Source of the DNA: Deltaproteobacteria bacterium
GTDB lineage: Bacteria; Desulfobacterota; Syntrophia; Syntrophales; UBA5619
DNA: 64,000 bases
Reading direction: 5' to 3'
Assembly: GCA_021372415.1 (NCBI GenBank)
Contig: JAJFUM010000373.1
Location: 902 to 64,901 of the forward strand
Shown: one piece after another, positions 37,734 to 46,930 of the stretch
Layout of the letters: each line of letters starts with the position of its first letter
Numbering within the stretch: position 1 is the first letter of the stretch
Made by a program: the position numbers and the translations under genes
Notes under the pieces: generated by a model
Told to the model about the DNA's origin: nothing
Seen by the model: only the letters and a program-made list of their open reading frames with translations
The model's database searches: none

Positions 37734-37921
37734 TGGCTTGTCCTTCCCATCCTGTCCATGCTGGGTGCCGCGATTCAACGCCCCATTGGTCGGCCGCAAA
37801 GCCTGCCCAGCCATTACGTCTGACTTGTCTGCTTTTCTATGTGTTTAAGATAAAAATATAAAAGGAACTCTCTCGTGGATTTGTCCGAGCGTTCAGGAAG
37901 AGGAGTCGTTCTCCCTGTGTC

Positions 37922-39034
37922 CTAGAGGCGGCAGGCCGGCTGAGGCGTTCCCACAGGGGTCAGGACGATCTGCCAGATCTGGATGCTCCGGGCGCGGAAG
38001 GCGCCGGCGCAGGAAAGCAGGTAGTACTCCCACATCCTCTTGAAACGGCTGTCGTAGGCCCCCTTCAGGCCGTTCCAGGCCCGCTGGAAGTTAGCGTTCC
38101 AGGCCATCAGCGTCTTATCGTAATGGGGGCCCATGTTGTGCCAGTCCTCCACAACGAAGAGCCCCTCCACGGCCCGGCTGATCTGAGCAATCGAGGGCAG
38201 CATCCCGTTGGGGAAGATGTAGCGGTTGATCCAGGGGTCACAACCGATCGTGGAGCAGTTGCCGCCGATCGTGTGGAGCAGGAAAGTTCCTCCGGACCGG
38301 AGGCACCTGTGGACGACCTCCATAAACTGCCGGTAATTGCGGCTCCCCACATGTTCGAACATGCCGATGGAGACGACCTTGTCGAAGCAACCCTGGATGT
38401 CCCGGTAGTCGCAGTCCAGGATCGTCACGGGCAGCCCCTTGCACCAGTCGCGGGCGTAGCGGATCTGCTCCGCCGAGATGTTCACGGCCGCCACGGCGCT
38501 GCCGTATCGCTCCGCCGCGTATTTTGCAAGCCCCCCCCAGCCGCAACCGATGTCCAGGAGCTTCTCCCCTGCGGCCAGGCCGAGTTTCCGGCAGATGAGC
38601 TCAAGCTTTTTGATCTGGGCCTCGGCCAGATCGCCGGTCCCATCGAAATAGGCGCAGCTGTACTGCAAAAGGGGATCGAGGAAGGCCCGGAAAAGTTCGT
38701 TCCCGAGGTTGTAATGCCGTTCGGCGACCACCGGCGAGCGGGACCGGCTCTGGCGGTTCATGAGGAGGGACGCGAGGTATATCGGCAGGAGACTGAGCGC
38801 TCCGCGGAGCTTCTCGTCGAGGCGGGCGCCGAGGAGACGGCAGATGAACTCGTCGATCCGTGGGCAGTCCCACCAGCCGTCCATATAGGCCTCGCCGAGG
38901 CCCAGGCTCTGCTGGCGCAGGACCCGGCCGTAGAAGGTGTCGTTGTGGACCTGGATGTCCCAGGGTTCGGGGCCGTTGACGGTGATGTCCGCCTTGCTCA
39001 GCAGCCCCTCGACAAAAGGCTTTGCCTTGAGCAT
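37922..39034 (-). CDS. cfa: cyclopropane-fatty-acyl-phospholipid synthase
   Basis: GLGEAYMDGWWDC, SAM motif LLDIGCGWGGLA, GMFEHVG. GGAGGAA RBS favours ATG 39034 over the ORF start 39049. Confidence 0.9.
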   Translation of the reverse strand: MLKAKPFVEGLLSKADITVNGPEPWDIQVHNDTFYGRVLRQQSLGLGEAYMDGWWDCPRIDEFICRLLGARLDEKLRGALSLLPIYLASLLMNRQSRSRSPVVAERHYNLGNELFRAFLDPLLQYSCAYFDGTGDLAEAQIKKLELICRKLGLAAGEKLLDIGCGWGGLAKYAAERYGSAVAAVNISAEQIRYARDWCKGLPVTILDCDYRDIQGCFDKVVSIGMFEHVGSRNYRQFMEVVHRCLRSGGTFLLHTIGGNCSTIGCDPWINRYIFPNGMLPSIAQISRAVEGLFVVEDWHNMGPHYDKTLMAWNANFQRAWNGLKGAYDSRFKRMWEYYLLSCAGAFRARSIQIWQIVLTPVGTPQPACRL

Positions 39035-39346
39035 AGTCGATTCCTCCATGAACGGTCTCGGCGATGACTGGAAACGGATCCCCTCCGCCGGACACGGTGC
39101 ATTGAAGTCGACTCCCTCCTTTGCTGGACAGACTAACGCTTCCAGGAATAAATGTCAATGGGGTGCCGCAAAGAGGCCCCGCTTGCGGCCGCCACCGCAA
39201 GATCGGCGGGCTCCGGCCTGTGCCGATGCCGGGGCCTTCTGCCGGTTTGACGGGTCGTTGCACTCTCGTGGGCCTTATGGTAAAATCCATCATCAGAACA
39301 CCCCTGCCCTTCAGAAGAAACCGAACCACATCATAGAGGAGATGCC

Positions 39347-41530
39347 ATGGATGCTGCGGAGCTGATCCGAAAGGCCAAATCAGAGGGCCGGACCGCCCTG
39401 TCCGAAGCCGAATCCAAAGAGGTCCTGAGATCCTGCGGCGTGCCGGTCGTAGAGGAGGCCCAGGCCTCGACCCCGCAGGAGGCCGCCCAGAGGGCGGCCG
39501 GGATCGGCTTTCCCGTCGTCCTCAAGGGGCTCGGCGCCAGGCTGACCCACAAGACGGAGCGGGGCCTCGTCCATCTGAACCTGAAGGATGCCGAAGAGGT
39601 CCTCCGGGCGGCCGAATCGGTGGCCGCCTCGGCGGGCGCCGACCTGGAGGGCTTCCTCATCCAGCCGATGCTCCCGGGACGCCGCGAATTCGTGGCGGGC
39701 CTCTTTCACGACGCCCAGTTCGGCCCGGTCGTCATGTTCGGCCTTGGAGGCGTCTTCACCGAGGCACTCGACGACGTCGTCTTTAGACTCGCACCCTTTG
39801 ACGGGGACTGCGCCGGCCGGATGATCGACGAGCTTCGCGCGTCCAAGCTCCTGGGGCCATTCCGCGGCGAGAAGGCTGCGGACCGGGAGGCGCTGGCCAG
39901 CGCCCTGGTCGGCCTTTCGCGTCTGGCGACGGACCGGCCGGAGGTGACCGAGGCGGACATCAATCCACTCCTCGTCGGGCCGGACGGCCGGGTGACGGCT
40001 GTCGACGCCCTGATCATCCTGGGCGAGCGGCCCGCGGCAAAAGCGACCCTGCCGCCGGTCGATCCGGTTGCGATCGGGAAGCTCTTCTATCCCCGGTCCA
40101 TCGCCTTCATCGGGGCCTCGGCGACCTTCGGCAAATGGGGATACATGCTCTTCTGCAATGTGGCCGCAGGGGGATTCCAGGGGCCGATCTATCTGGTCAA
40201 CGCCAAGGGCGGCCAGATCACCGGACGGCCGACCTTCAAGACCGTGGGGGAGATCCCGGGGCCCGTCGACCTGGCCGTGGTCACGATCCCGGCTGCGAAG
40301 GTCCTGGACCTGTTCCCCCAGCTCAAGGCCAAGAAGGTCCGGAGCATGCTCCTGATCACCTCTGGTTTTGCCGAGACGGGTGCCGAGGGACGGCGCCTGG
40401 AGGAGGAACTGGTAAAGGCGGCCCGGGAAGCGGGGATCCTGATCCTCGGCCCAAACACCATGGGGATCTGCAACCCCCACGGGGCCCTCTTCTGCTGCGG
40501 ATCGGCCGTCCGGCCCGCACCCGGCACGACGACCCTCGTGTCCCAGTCGGGGAACCTTGGGGTCCAGCTTCTGGGTTTTGCCGAGCACGAGGGGATCGGC
40601 ATCCGCGCCTTCGGCGGCTCGGGAAACGAGGCGATGATCACGATCGAGGACTACATGGAGTGCTTTGAGGTCGACGAGTTGACCCGGACGGTGGTCCTCT
40701 ATCTGGAGAGCATCAAAAATGGCCGGCGCTTCTTCGAGGCGGCCCGGCGTGTGGGGAGGACCAAACCGGTGGTCATGCTCAAGGGCGGGCGCACCCAGGC
40801 GGGAAACCGCGCCGCAGCCAGCCACACCGGGGCCCTTGCCTCGAACCTCCGGATACTGGATGCCGCAGTGCGTCAGGCGGGCGTGGTCGTGGCCGACCAG
40901 CCGATGGACCTGCTGGATCTGTCGGCCGCCTTCTCGTCCCTGCCGCTGCCGCGTGGCAACCGGGTTGCCGTGATGACCCTGGGCGGGGGATGGGGGGTCG
41001 TGGCCTCGGACCTATGCGTTGAGAACGGCCTGGCGATTCCGGATCTCTCCGAGGATCTGATCGCCCGGATCGACAAGATCCTCCCGCCCTACTGGAGCCG
41101 CTCCAACCCCATCGACCTGGTGGGGGAGTTCGCCCCCCAGATCCCGATGGACGTGATCAGGGAACTGATCGAGTGGGACGGCTGCGACGCGATCATCCAC
41201 CTGGGGATCGTCGGCCGCCTCGGCTTCCTCAAGCAGATGATCGCCGCGATCGAGGCGGTCGATCCGGTGATGGACCGCAAGTTCCTCGGTGCGGTCCCCA
41301 CGGCCCTGGTCGATTTCGAGAAGCACTACATCGGCCACACGGTCCGCCTCATGGAACAGCACGGCAAACCCATCCTCGGGGTCAATCTCCTGCCCGAAGA
41401 GAACGCCCGGACGGTCATGGAGGTCGCGGGGTGCCCCTACAAGGGGGTCTGCTTCCTCACGCCCGAGCGGGCGGTCAAGGCCCTGGCGCGGATGCACACC
41501 TACAGGCTCTGGCGGGACGGCGAAGGTTGA
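39347..41530 (+). CDS. ADP-forming acetyl/acyl-CoA synthetase (NDP-forming, ACD family), beta-alpha fused
   Basis: N-terminal ATP-grasp part (aa 1-220), then CoA-binding domain (YPRSIAFIGAS), ligase-CoA domain with phosphohistidine loop AASHTGALAS, then a C-terminal domain. Confidence 0.85.
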   Translation: MDAAELIRKAKSEGRTALSEAESKEVLRSCGVPVVEEAQASTPQEAAQRAAGIGFPVVLKGLGARLTHKTERGLVHLNLKDAEEVLRAAESVAASAGADLEGFLIQPMLPGRREFVAGLFHDAQFGPVVMFGLGGVFTEALDDVVFRLAPFDGDCAGRMIDELRASKLLGPFRGEKAADREALASALVGLSRLATDRPEVTEADINPLLVGPDGRVTAVDALIILGERPAAKATLPPVDPVAIGKLFYPRSIAFIGASATFGKWGYMLFCNVAAGGFQGPIYLVNAKGGQITGRPTFKTVGEIPGPVDLAVVTIPAAKVLDLFPQLKAKKVRSMLLITSGFAETGAEGRRLEEELVKAAREAGILILGPNTMGICNPHGALFCCGSAVRPAPGTTTLVSQSGNLGVQLLGFAEHEGIGIRAFGGSGNEAMITIEDYMECFEVDELTRTVVLYLESIKNGRRFFEAARRVGRTKPVVMLKGGRTQAGNRAAASHTGALASNLRILDAAVRQAGVVVADQPMDLLDLSAAFSSLPLPRGNRVAVMTLGGGWGVVASDLCVENGLAIPDLSEDLIARIDKILPPYWSRSNPIDLVGEFAPQIPMDVIRELIEWDGCDAIIHLGIVGRLGFLKQMIAAIEAVDPVMDRKFLGAVPTALVDFEKHYIGHTVRLMEQHGKPILGVNLLPEENARTVMEVAGCPYKGVCFLTPERAVKALARMHTYRLWRDGEG

Positions 41531-43344
41531 TCGTAGAGGCTGTCGAGGATCTCCTGGTAGGACCGGGTGATCTCCCGGCGGCGGATCTTGAGCGTCGGGG
41601 TCACCTCGCCGGAAGCCTCGGTGAAGTCCCGGGGAAGGATGGCGAAGCGGCGGACCGCCTCATGGGGGGACAGGCGCGCGTTCACCGACTCGATGTGCGC
41701 CTCGATAAGGGAGCGGATGCGGGGATGCAAGGCGAGATCCTTCGGGTCCGTCGGGATCCCCTCTTTTTCAGCAAAGCCGCGGATCTCCGCCGCATCAAGG
41801 GTGATCAGGGCGCTCAGGTAGGGGCGCCGGTCTCCGTGGACCATCACGTGGCTCACGAAGGGATGGGCCTTGATCAGGTTCTCGATGTTCTGCGGGGCGA
41901 TATTCTTCCCGCCCGCCGTGATGAGGATGTCCTTTTTGCGGTCGGTGATCCGGATAAATCCCTCCGCGTCGATCTCGGCGATGTCCCCGGTGTGGAACCA
42001 GCCGTCGGCGTCGATCGCCTGGGCGGTCGCCTCGGGGTCCCGGTAGTAGCCCTTGAAGAGCCCCTGGCCGCGGAGCAACAGTTCTCCCCCTTCGCCGAGT
42101 CTGGCCTCGATCCCGTCGATCAACTTCCCTACGGTCCCGAACTTGAAGCACTCCGGCCTGTTGACCGAAACCGGGGCGACGGTTTCCGTCAGGCCGTAGC
42201 CCTCGAGGATCAGCAAGCCCGCGGCGTAGAAGAACTCCAGAAGCTTGATCGACATCGGCGCGCCGCCCGAGAGCAGGTGCTTCACGCGGCCGCCGAAGAT
42301 GGACCGGAGCTTCCGGAAGACGAGGCGGTCCGCCAGGGCGTGCTCAATGGACAGGGCAAAGGGCAGAGGCCGGCCGGCCATTCGGTAGGGCGAGGCGCGG
42401 TGTCCCACCGACATGGCCCAGGCGAAGATGCGCCGTTGCATGGGCGATGCCTGGGCGATCCCCTGTATGATCCGGGCATGGATCTTTTCGAAGACCCGCG
42501 GGACGCCCACGAAGTGGGTGGGGCGCAGCTCGCGGCAGTTGTCGATCAGCTTCTCGACGCCCTCGGCGAAGATCCCCCGCATCCCCACGTGAAAGATCGC
42601 GTACACGGTCAGCCGCTGGAGCATGTGGGTGAGCGGCAGGTAGGCGATCCCGAAGTCCTCGGTCGTGATGTGCTGCGTCTGGACGGCATGGATCGCCGTG
42701 TAATAGAGATTCGCGTGGGTGATCAGCGCCCCCTTCGGAGGCCCGGTGGTCCCGGAGGTGTAGGCGATCGTGGCCAGGTCCTCGGGGGAGACGGCGCGCC
42801 AGGCGGCTTCGAAGCGTTCCGGGGCCTCCCGGTCCCTTTGATCGCCCAGTTTCTTGAGATCCGCGAAGAGGCTCACACCGGCAGGAAGGGTCCGATGTTT
42901 GGTTTCGAAGAGGATCACCTGCTCGGGGAGGCCCGTGGCGTCGCGGATCGGGAGTATCCGGTCGAGGGCTTCGTCGTTCTCGCAGAAGATCAGGCGGCAC
43001 GCGCTGTGGCGGACGATGTGTTCCATCTCCCAGGCGCCAGCCGTGGGATAGATCCCCACCACGACCGCCCCGGCGGTGAGGGCCGCCATGTCCGCGTCGG
43101 ACCATTCGCTGCGGGTTCTGCTCATGATTGCGATGCGGTCCCCCTTCCGGATACCGCGGTCCAGGAGCCCCATCGTCGCCCGGCGGAGGTTGGCGTAGGC
43201 CTCGCACCAGGTCGTCGGCGTCCAGATGCCGTTGATCTTGCTCGTCTTGAGGACATGGTCGCCGAAATGCGCGGCCTGTTGGATGAACATGCTTGGGACG
43301 GTCGGCGGATCGTAAGGCTCCTGCGGAGCGGGGTTCCTGGCCAT
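41500..43344 (-). CDS. AMP-forming long-chain acyl-CoA ligase (FadD-like)
   Basis: AMP-binding motifs YTSGTTGPPKGA, GYGLTET, TGDIAEIDAEGFIRITDRKKD. Its 3' end overlaps the convergent gene by 31 nt. Confidence 0.9.
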   Translation of the reverse strand: MARNPAPQEPYDPPTVPSMFIQQAAHFGDHVLKTSKINGIWTPTTWCEAYANLRRATMGLLDRGIRKGDRIAIMSRTRSEWSDADMAALTAGAVVVGIYPTAGAWEMEHIVRHSACRLIFCENDEALDRILPIRDATGLPEQVILFETKHRTLPAGVSLFADLKKLGDQRDREAPERFEAAWRAVSPEDLATIAYTSGTTGPPKGALITHANLYYTAIHAVQTQHITTEDFGIAYLPLTHMLQRLTVYAIFHVGMRGIFAEGVEKLIDNCRELRPTHFVGVPRVFEKIHARIIQGIAQASPMQRRIFAWAMSVGHRASPYRMAGRPLPFALSIEHALADRLVFRKLRSIFGGRVKHLLSGGAPMSIKLLEFFYAAGLLILEGYGLTETVAPVSVNRPECFKFGTVGKLIDGIEARLGEGGELLLRGQGLFKGYYRDPEATAQAIDADGWFHTGDIAEIDAEGFIRITDRKKDILITAGGKNIAPQNIENLIKAHPFVSHVMVHGDRRPYLSALITLDAAEIRGFAEKEGIPTDPKDLALHPRIRSLIEAHIESVNARLSPHEAVRRFAILPRDFTEASGEVTPTLKIRRREITRSYQEILDSLYDQPSPSRQSL

Positions 43345-43739
43345 GGCTTTCTGCCCTGATCCCTTCTGAAGTATGGATGCCTGCCGGAGATGACTTGAAA
43401 CCGTGACCTTTGATGGGATTGGAGCGGCTGTCCCAAAGGTCTTGAAGCCAGACCTTTATAAAGCCAAATGCCGGTAATGGCAAGAGAAAAAAGAAAGCCT
43501 GGATTAATAACGAGCGCTCGCTCTATTTTCTTGACGCGCCCTTCCCGCCGCTGTAGAATGCTGAGAAATCAAAGGCCATGAGGCCCTCCAGAGGTGATCC
43601 GGGCGGGCTTCAGCGCCATCGACCGTTTTGCCCTCAGGAAGGAACCGGCCCCGGCCGGTCCCGTACCGCCAAACCAACCATTGTCTTTCCCCGGCGTTGC
43701 GGAGGGTCCCGCTGGACTGGAGAAAATAAGGAGGTCGCC

Positions 43740-44948
43740 ATGGATTTCACCCTGTCGGACAAGATGCAGGCTATCATCGGGATGATGCGGGAGTTCGTGG
43801 ACAAGGAGCTCATCCCCCTGGAGCCGGAATTCCTCGATCGGGATTTCGGGGAGATGGTCCCTTTCCTGGAAGAGAAACGGGCGATCGTCCGGCAGATGGA
43901 GCTCTGGGCGCCGAACCACCCGAAGGAGTACGGCGGGATGGGGCTCGATCTGATGGAGCACGCCCTTGTCTCGGAGGTCCTCGGACGGACGCCGATCGGC
44001 CACTACGTCTTCGGCTGCCAGGCCCCGGACGCTGGGAACATTGAGATCCTCCATAGATACGGCACCGAGGCCCAGAAAGGGCAGTGGCTCGCTCCCCTGG
44101 TTGCAGGCAGGATCCGGAGCTGCTTCTCCATGACGGAGGTGGATCTGCCCGGTTCGAACCCCGTGATGATGGACACGACAGCCGTCTGCGAGGGGGACCA
44201 GTACGTGATCAACGGCCAGAAGTGGTACTCCACAGCTGCAGACGGCGCGGCCTTGGCCATCGTCATGGCCGTGACCAACCCCGAGGCACCGCCCCATCTG
44301 CGGGCGAGCATGATCATCGTCCCAACGGACACCCCCGGCTTCAACCTGGTCCGGAACATCTCCATCATGGGTCACGCCGGGAGCGGTTACTTCAGCCACG
44401 GAGAGATCCTCTACCAGTCCTGCCGGGTCCCGGTCGCGAACCTCCTGGGGCCCGAGGGATGGGGGTTCGTGATCGCCCAGGAGAGGCTCGGCCCGGGCCG
44501 GATTCACCACTGCATGCGGTGGCTGGGGATCTGCAGCCGGGCCTTCGATCTGATGTGCAAGAGGGCACAGGAGCGGGTCATCACCCCGGACGGAAAGACC
44601 CTCGCGACCCGGCAGATCATCCAGGCCTGGATCGCCGAATCCGCGGCAGAGATCCAGGCGGCCCGGCTGATGACGCTCCACGCGGCCTGGAAGATCGAGA
44701 CCCTGGGGGCCAAGGAGGCCCGGGAGGAGATCTCGCTGATCAAGTTCTATGTGGCGGACGTTCTCCAGCGGGTCGTCGACCGGGCCCTCCAGGTCCACGG
44801 GGGCCTCGGGATGACGGACGATACGATCCTCGCCTTCTTCTACCGCCATGAACGGGCGGCGAGGATCTACGACGGCGCCGACGAGGTCCACAAGGTGGCC
44901 GTGGCCCGGCGGATTCTTAAGGAATATGCCGGACGGACGGTCCGGTAA
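43740..44948 (+). CDS. acyl-CoA dehydrogenase family protein, FadE2/ACAD10-11-like subtype
   Basis: AGGAGG RBS. CFSMTE, YVINGQKWYST, RLGPGRIHHCMR, and YDGADEVH in place of the canonical YEGT catalytic-base motif. Confidence 0.9.
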   Translation: MDFTLSDKMQAIIGMMREFVDKELIPLEPEFLDRDFGEMVPFLEEKRAIVRQMELWAPNHPKEYGGMGLDLMEHALVSEVLGRTPIGHYVFGCQAPDAGNIEILHRYGTEAQKGQWLAPLVAGRIRSCFSMTEVDLPGSNPVMMDTTAVCEGDQYVINGQKWYSTAADGAALAIVMAVTNPEAPPHLRASMIIVPTDTPGFNLVRNISIMGHAGSGYFSHGEILYQSCRVPVANLLGPEGWGFVIAQERLGPGRIHHCMRWLGICSRAFDLMCKRAQERVITPDGKTLATRQIIQAWIAESAAEIQAARLMTLHAAWKIETLGAKEAREEISLIKFYVADVLQRVVDRALQVHGGLGMTDDTILAFFYRHERAARIYDGADEVHKVAVARRILKEYAGRTVR

Positions 44949-44963
44949 GCCGGGAGGGCGGTC

Positions 44964-45656
44964 ATGGCGACTTTTCAGGAATTCCGGGACCGGGTCCCCC
45001 TCTCCAGGGAGGAGATCTGCAGGGATTTTTTAGCCGAAAACCGGGAACGGATTCCCGTCAAGAAGGACGAGAAGGCCGTCAGGAACCTCGTTAAGATCTT
45101 CGATGCGACGCTGGCGATCAGCAGCCGAAAGGGATTTCAGGCGATGAGCGTCCGCGATCTGGCCCGGGAGACGGGGCTTTCCATGGGGGCCCTGTACACC
45201 TACATCGCCAGCAAGGAGACCCTCCTCGGCATGATCCAGCACCACGGGCGACGGATCCTGATGAAGGTCCTCACGGCCGAGATCGAAGGGGGCGCTGACC
45301 CCCGGGAAAAACTGATCCGGGCGATCGAAACCCACCTGTACTTGAGCGAGGCCATGCGTCCCTGGTTCTATTTCGCCTACATGGAGGCCAAGCACCTCGC
45401 ACGGGAGGCCCAGAGACGGGCCATCGAGATGGAGCTCATGACCGAAGGGCTCCTCAGCGACATCCTCACCCAGGGGCTTGAAACAGGGGCCTTCCGCACG
45501 GTCGATCCCCATCTGACGGCCGCGGTCTTGAAGGCGATGCTCCAAGACTGGTATCTCAAACCTTGGAAGTATCACCAGCGCGGCGTCTCGGTGGACGAGT
45601 ATGCTGGCTTTGTCATCGACCTGACAGGGACGTTTCTCTGGAGTGATAGAGAATAA
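44964..45656 (+). CDS. TetR/AcrR-family transcriptional regulator
   Basis: N-terminal HTH MSVRDLARETGLSMGALYTYIASKE. GGGAGGG RBS. Confidence 0.85.
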   Translation: MATFQEFRDRVPLSREEICRDFLAENRERIPVKKDEKAVRNLVKIFDATLAISSRKGFQAMSVRDLARETGLSMGALYTYIASKETLLGMIQHHGRRILMKVLTAEIEGGADPREKLIRAIETHLYLSEAMRPWFYFAYMEAKHLAREAQRRAIEMELMTEGLLSDILTQGLETGAFRTVDPHLTAAVLKAMLQDWYLKPWKYHQRGVSVDEYAGFVIDLTGTFLWSDRE

Positions 45657-45668
45657 GAGGAGGGGATC

Positions 45669-46736
45669 ATGGATCTTACGGATGCGACCCGGCCGGTCCG
45701 CGAGGGCGAACAGTTCGATGCCGCAAAGGTAGAGGCTTTCCTCAAGGAGAGGATCCCCGGCCTTTCCGGAGAACTAACGGTCAGGCAGTTTCCGGGCGGC
45801 CATTCGAACCTGACCTACTTGGTCCGGGTGGGTGGACGGGAGCTGGTCTTCCGGCGCCCCCCTCTGGGCCGCAAGGCCAAGACGGCCCACGACATGGGCC
45901 GGGAGTTCCGGATCCTCCAGGCCCTCCGGCCGGCCTTCCCCTACTGTCCGGAGCCTCTGGCCTACACGGATGACGAGACGATCATCGGCTCCCCCTTCTA
46001 CGTGATGGAGCCGATCCGGGGGATCATCCTGAGAAAGGACCTCCCGGCTGGGCTGAACTTCACGCCCGTGGAGGCGCGGCGCCTCTGCGAGCGACTGATC
46101 GACGTCTTCGTCGAGCTCCACCGCGTGGATTACAGGAGGATCGGCCTGGGGGACTTCGGCAGGCCGGAAGGGTATGTGAAGAGGCAGGTGGAGGGGTGGT
46201 CCGAACGCTACCGGGCCGCCAGGACCCCGGACGCACCGGACTGCGAGGCGGTCATGGCCTGGCTCCAGGAGAGGATCCCCCCCGAGAGCCCGCTCGTCTC
46301 GGTGATCCACAACGATTACCGCTTCGACAATGTGGTCCTCGACCCGAAAGACCCCTTCCGGATCGTCGGCGTCCTCGACTGGGAGATGGCGACGATCGGC
46401 GATCCTCTGATGGATCTGGGCGGGGCACTCGCCTACTGGGTGGACCGGGCGGACCCGCCCTCTATGCAGGCGATCCGGATGGTCCCGACGCATCTCGAGG
46501 GGATGTTCACCCGTGTCGAGCTGGTCCGCCGGTATGCGGAACAGATGGGGACGGCCGTCGAGAACGTGGATTTCTACTACTGCTTCGGCCTCTTCCGCCT
46601 GGCTGTGATCGCCCAGCAGATCTACTGGCGGTTCTACCACGGGCAGACCAAAGACGAGCGCTTCAAATGGATGATCGTCGCCATTCAGGTCCTTGAGCAG
46701 AGGGCCATGCAGGTGATCGGCCGTTCGGACCTCTGA
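45669..46736 (+). CDS. APH-fold phosphotransferase (ACAD10/11 N-terminal kinase-domain / LvaA-like)
   Basis: Catalytic loop VIHNDYRFDNVV (HxDxxxxN), VLDWEMATIGDPLMD metal-binding loop, N-terminal GGHSNLTY nucleotide loop. Confidence 0.85.
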   Translation: MDLTDATRPVREGEQFDAAKVEAFLKERIPGLSGELTVRQFPGGHSNLTYLVRVGGRELVFRRPPLGRKAKTAHDMGREFRILQALRPAFPYCPEPLAYTDDETIIGSPFYVMEPIRGIILRKDLPAGLNFTPVEARRLCERLIDVFVELHRVDYRRIGLGDFGRPEGYVKRQVEGWSERYRAARTPDAPDCEAVMAWLQERIPPESPLVSVIHNDYRFDNVVLDPKDPFRIVGVLDWEMATIGDPLMDLGGALAYWVDRADPPSMQAIRMVPTHLEGMFTRVELVRRYAEQMGTAVENVDFYYCFGLFRLAVIAQQIYWRFYHGQTKDERFKWMIVAIQVLEQRAMQVIGRSDL

Positions 46737-46930
46737 GCGTCTTTGGCTCCAGCCAGGCCAGTCGTGAGGCGGATTGTTTCACGTGAAACAATCTTGAGGA
46801 TGCGGCCTCCCAAGAAGGGGGGAGAAGCTCCAGCGCCCGTTCCGAAATCTCCTCCATCTGGAGTACACCGGAATTGGACTGGATGTGAACGAGGTTTGGA
46901 GAGGACTTAAGAAACAGACAAGGAGGAGGT

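Noticed and set aside
44151-44162. GGTTCGAACCCC, a tRNA T-arm-like string.
   Set aside because: It lies inside the well-supported ACAD coding frame (LPGSNPV), and no acceptor, D or anticodon arms can be drawn around it. I found no tRNA, rRNA or CRISPR array anywhere in the window.
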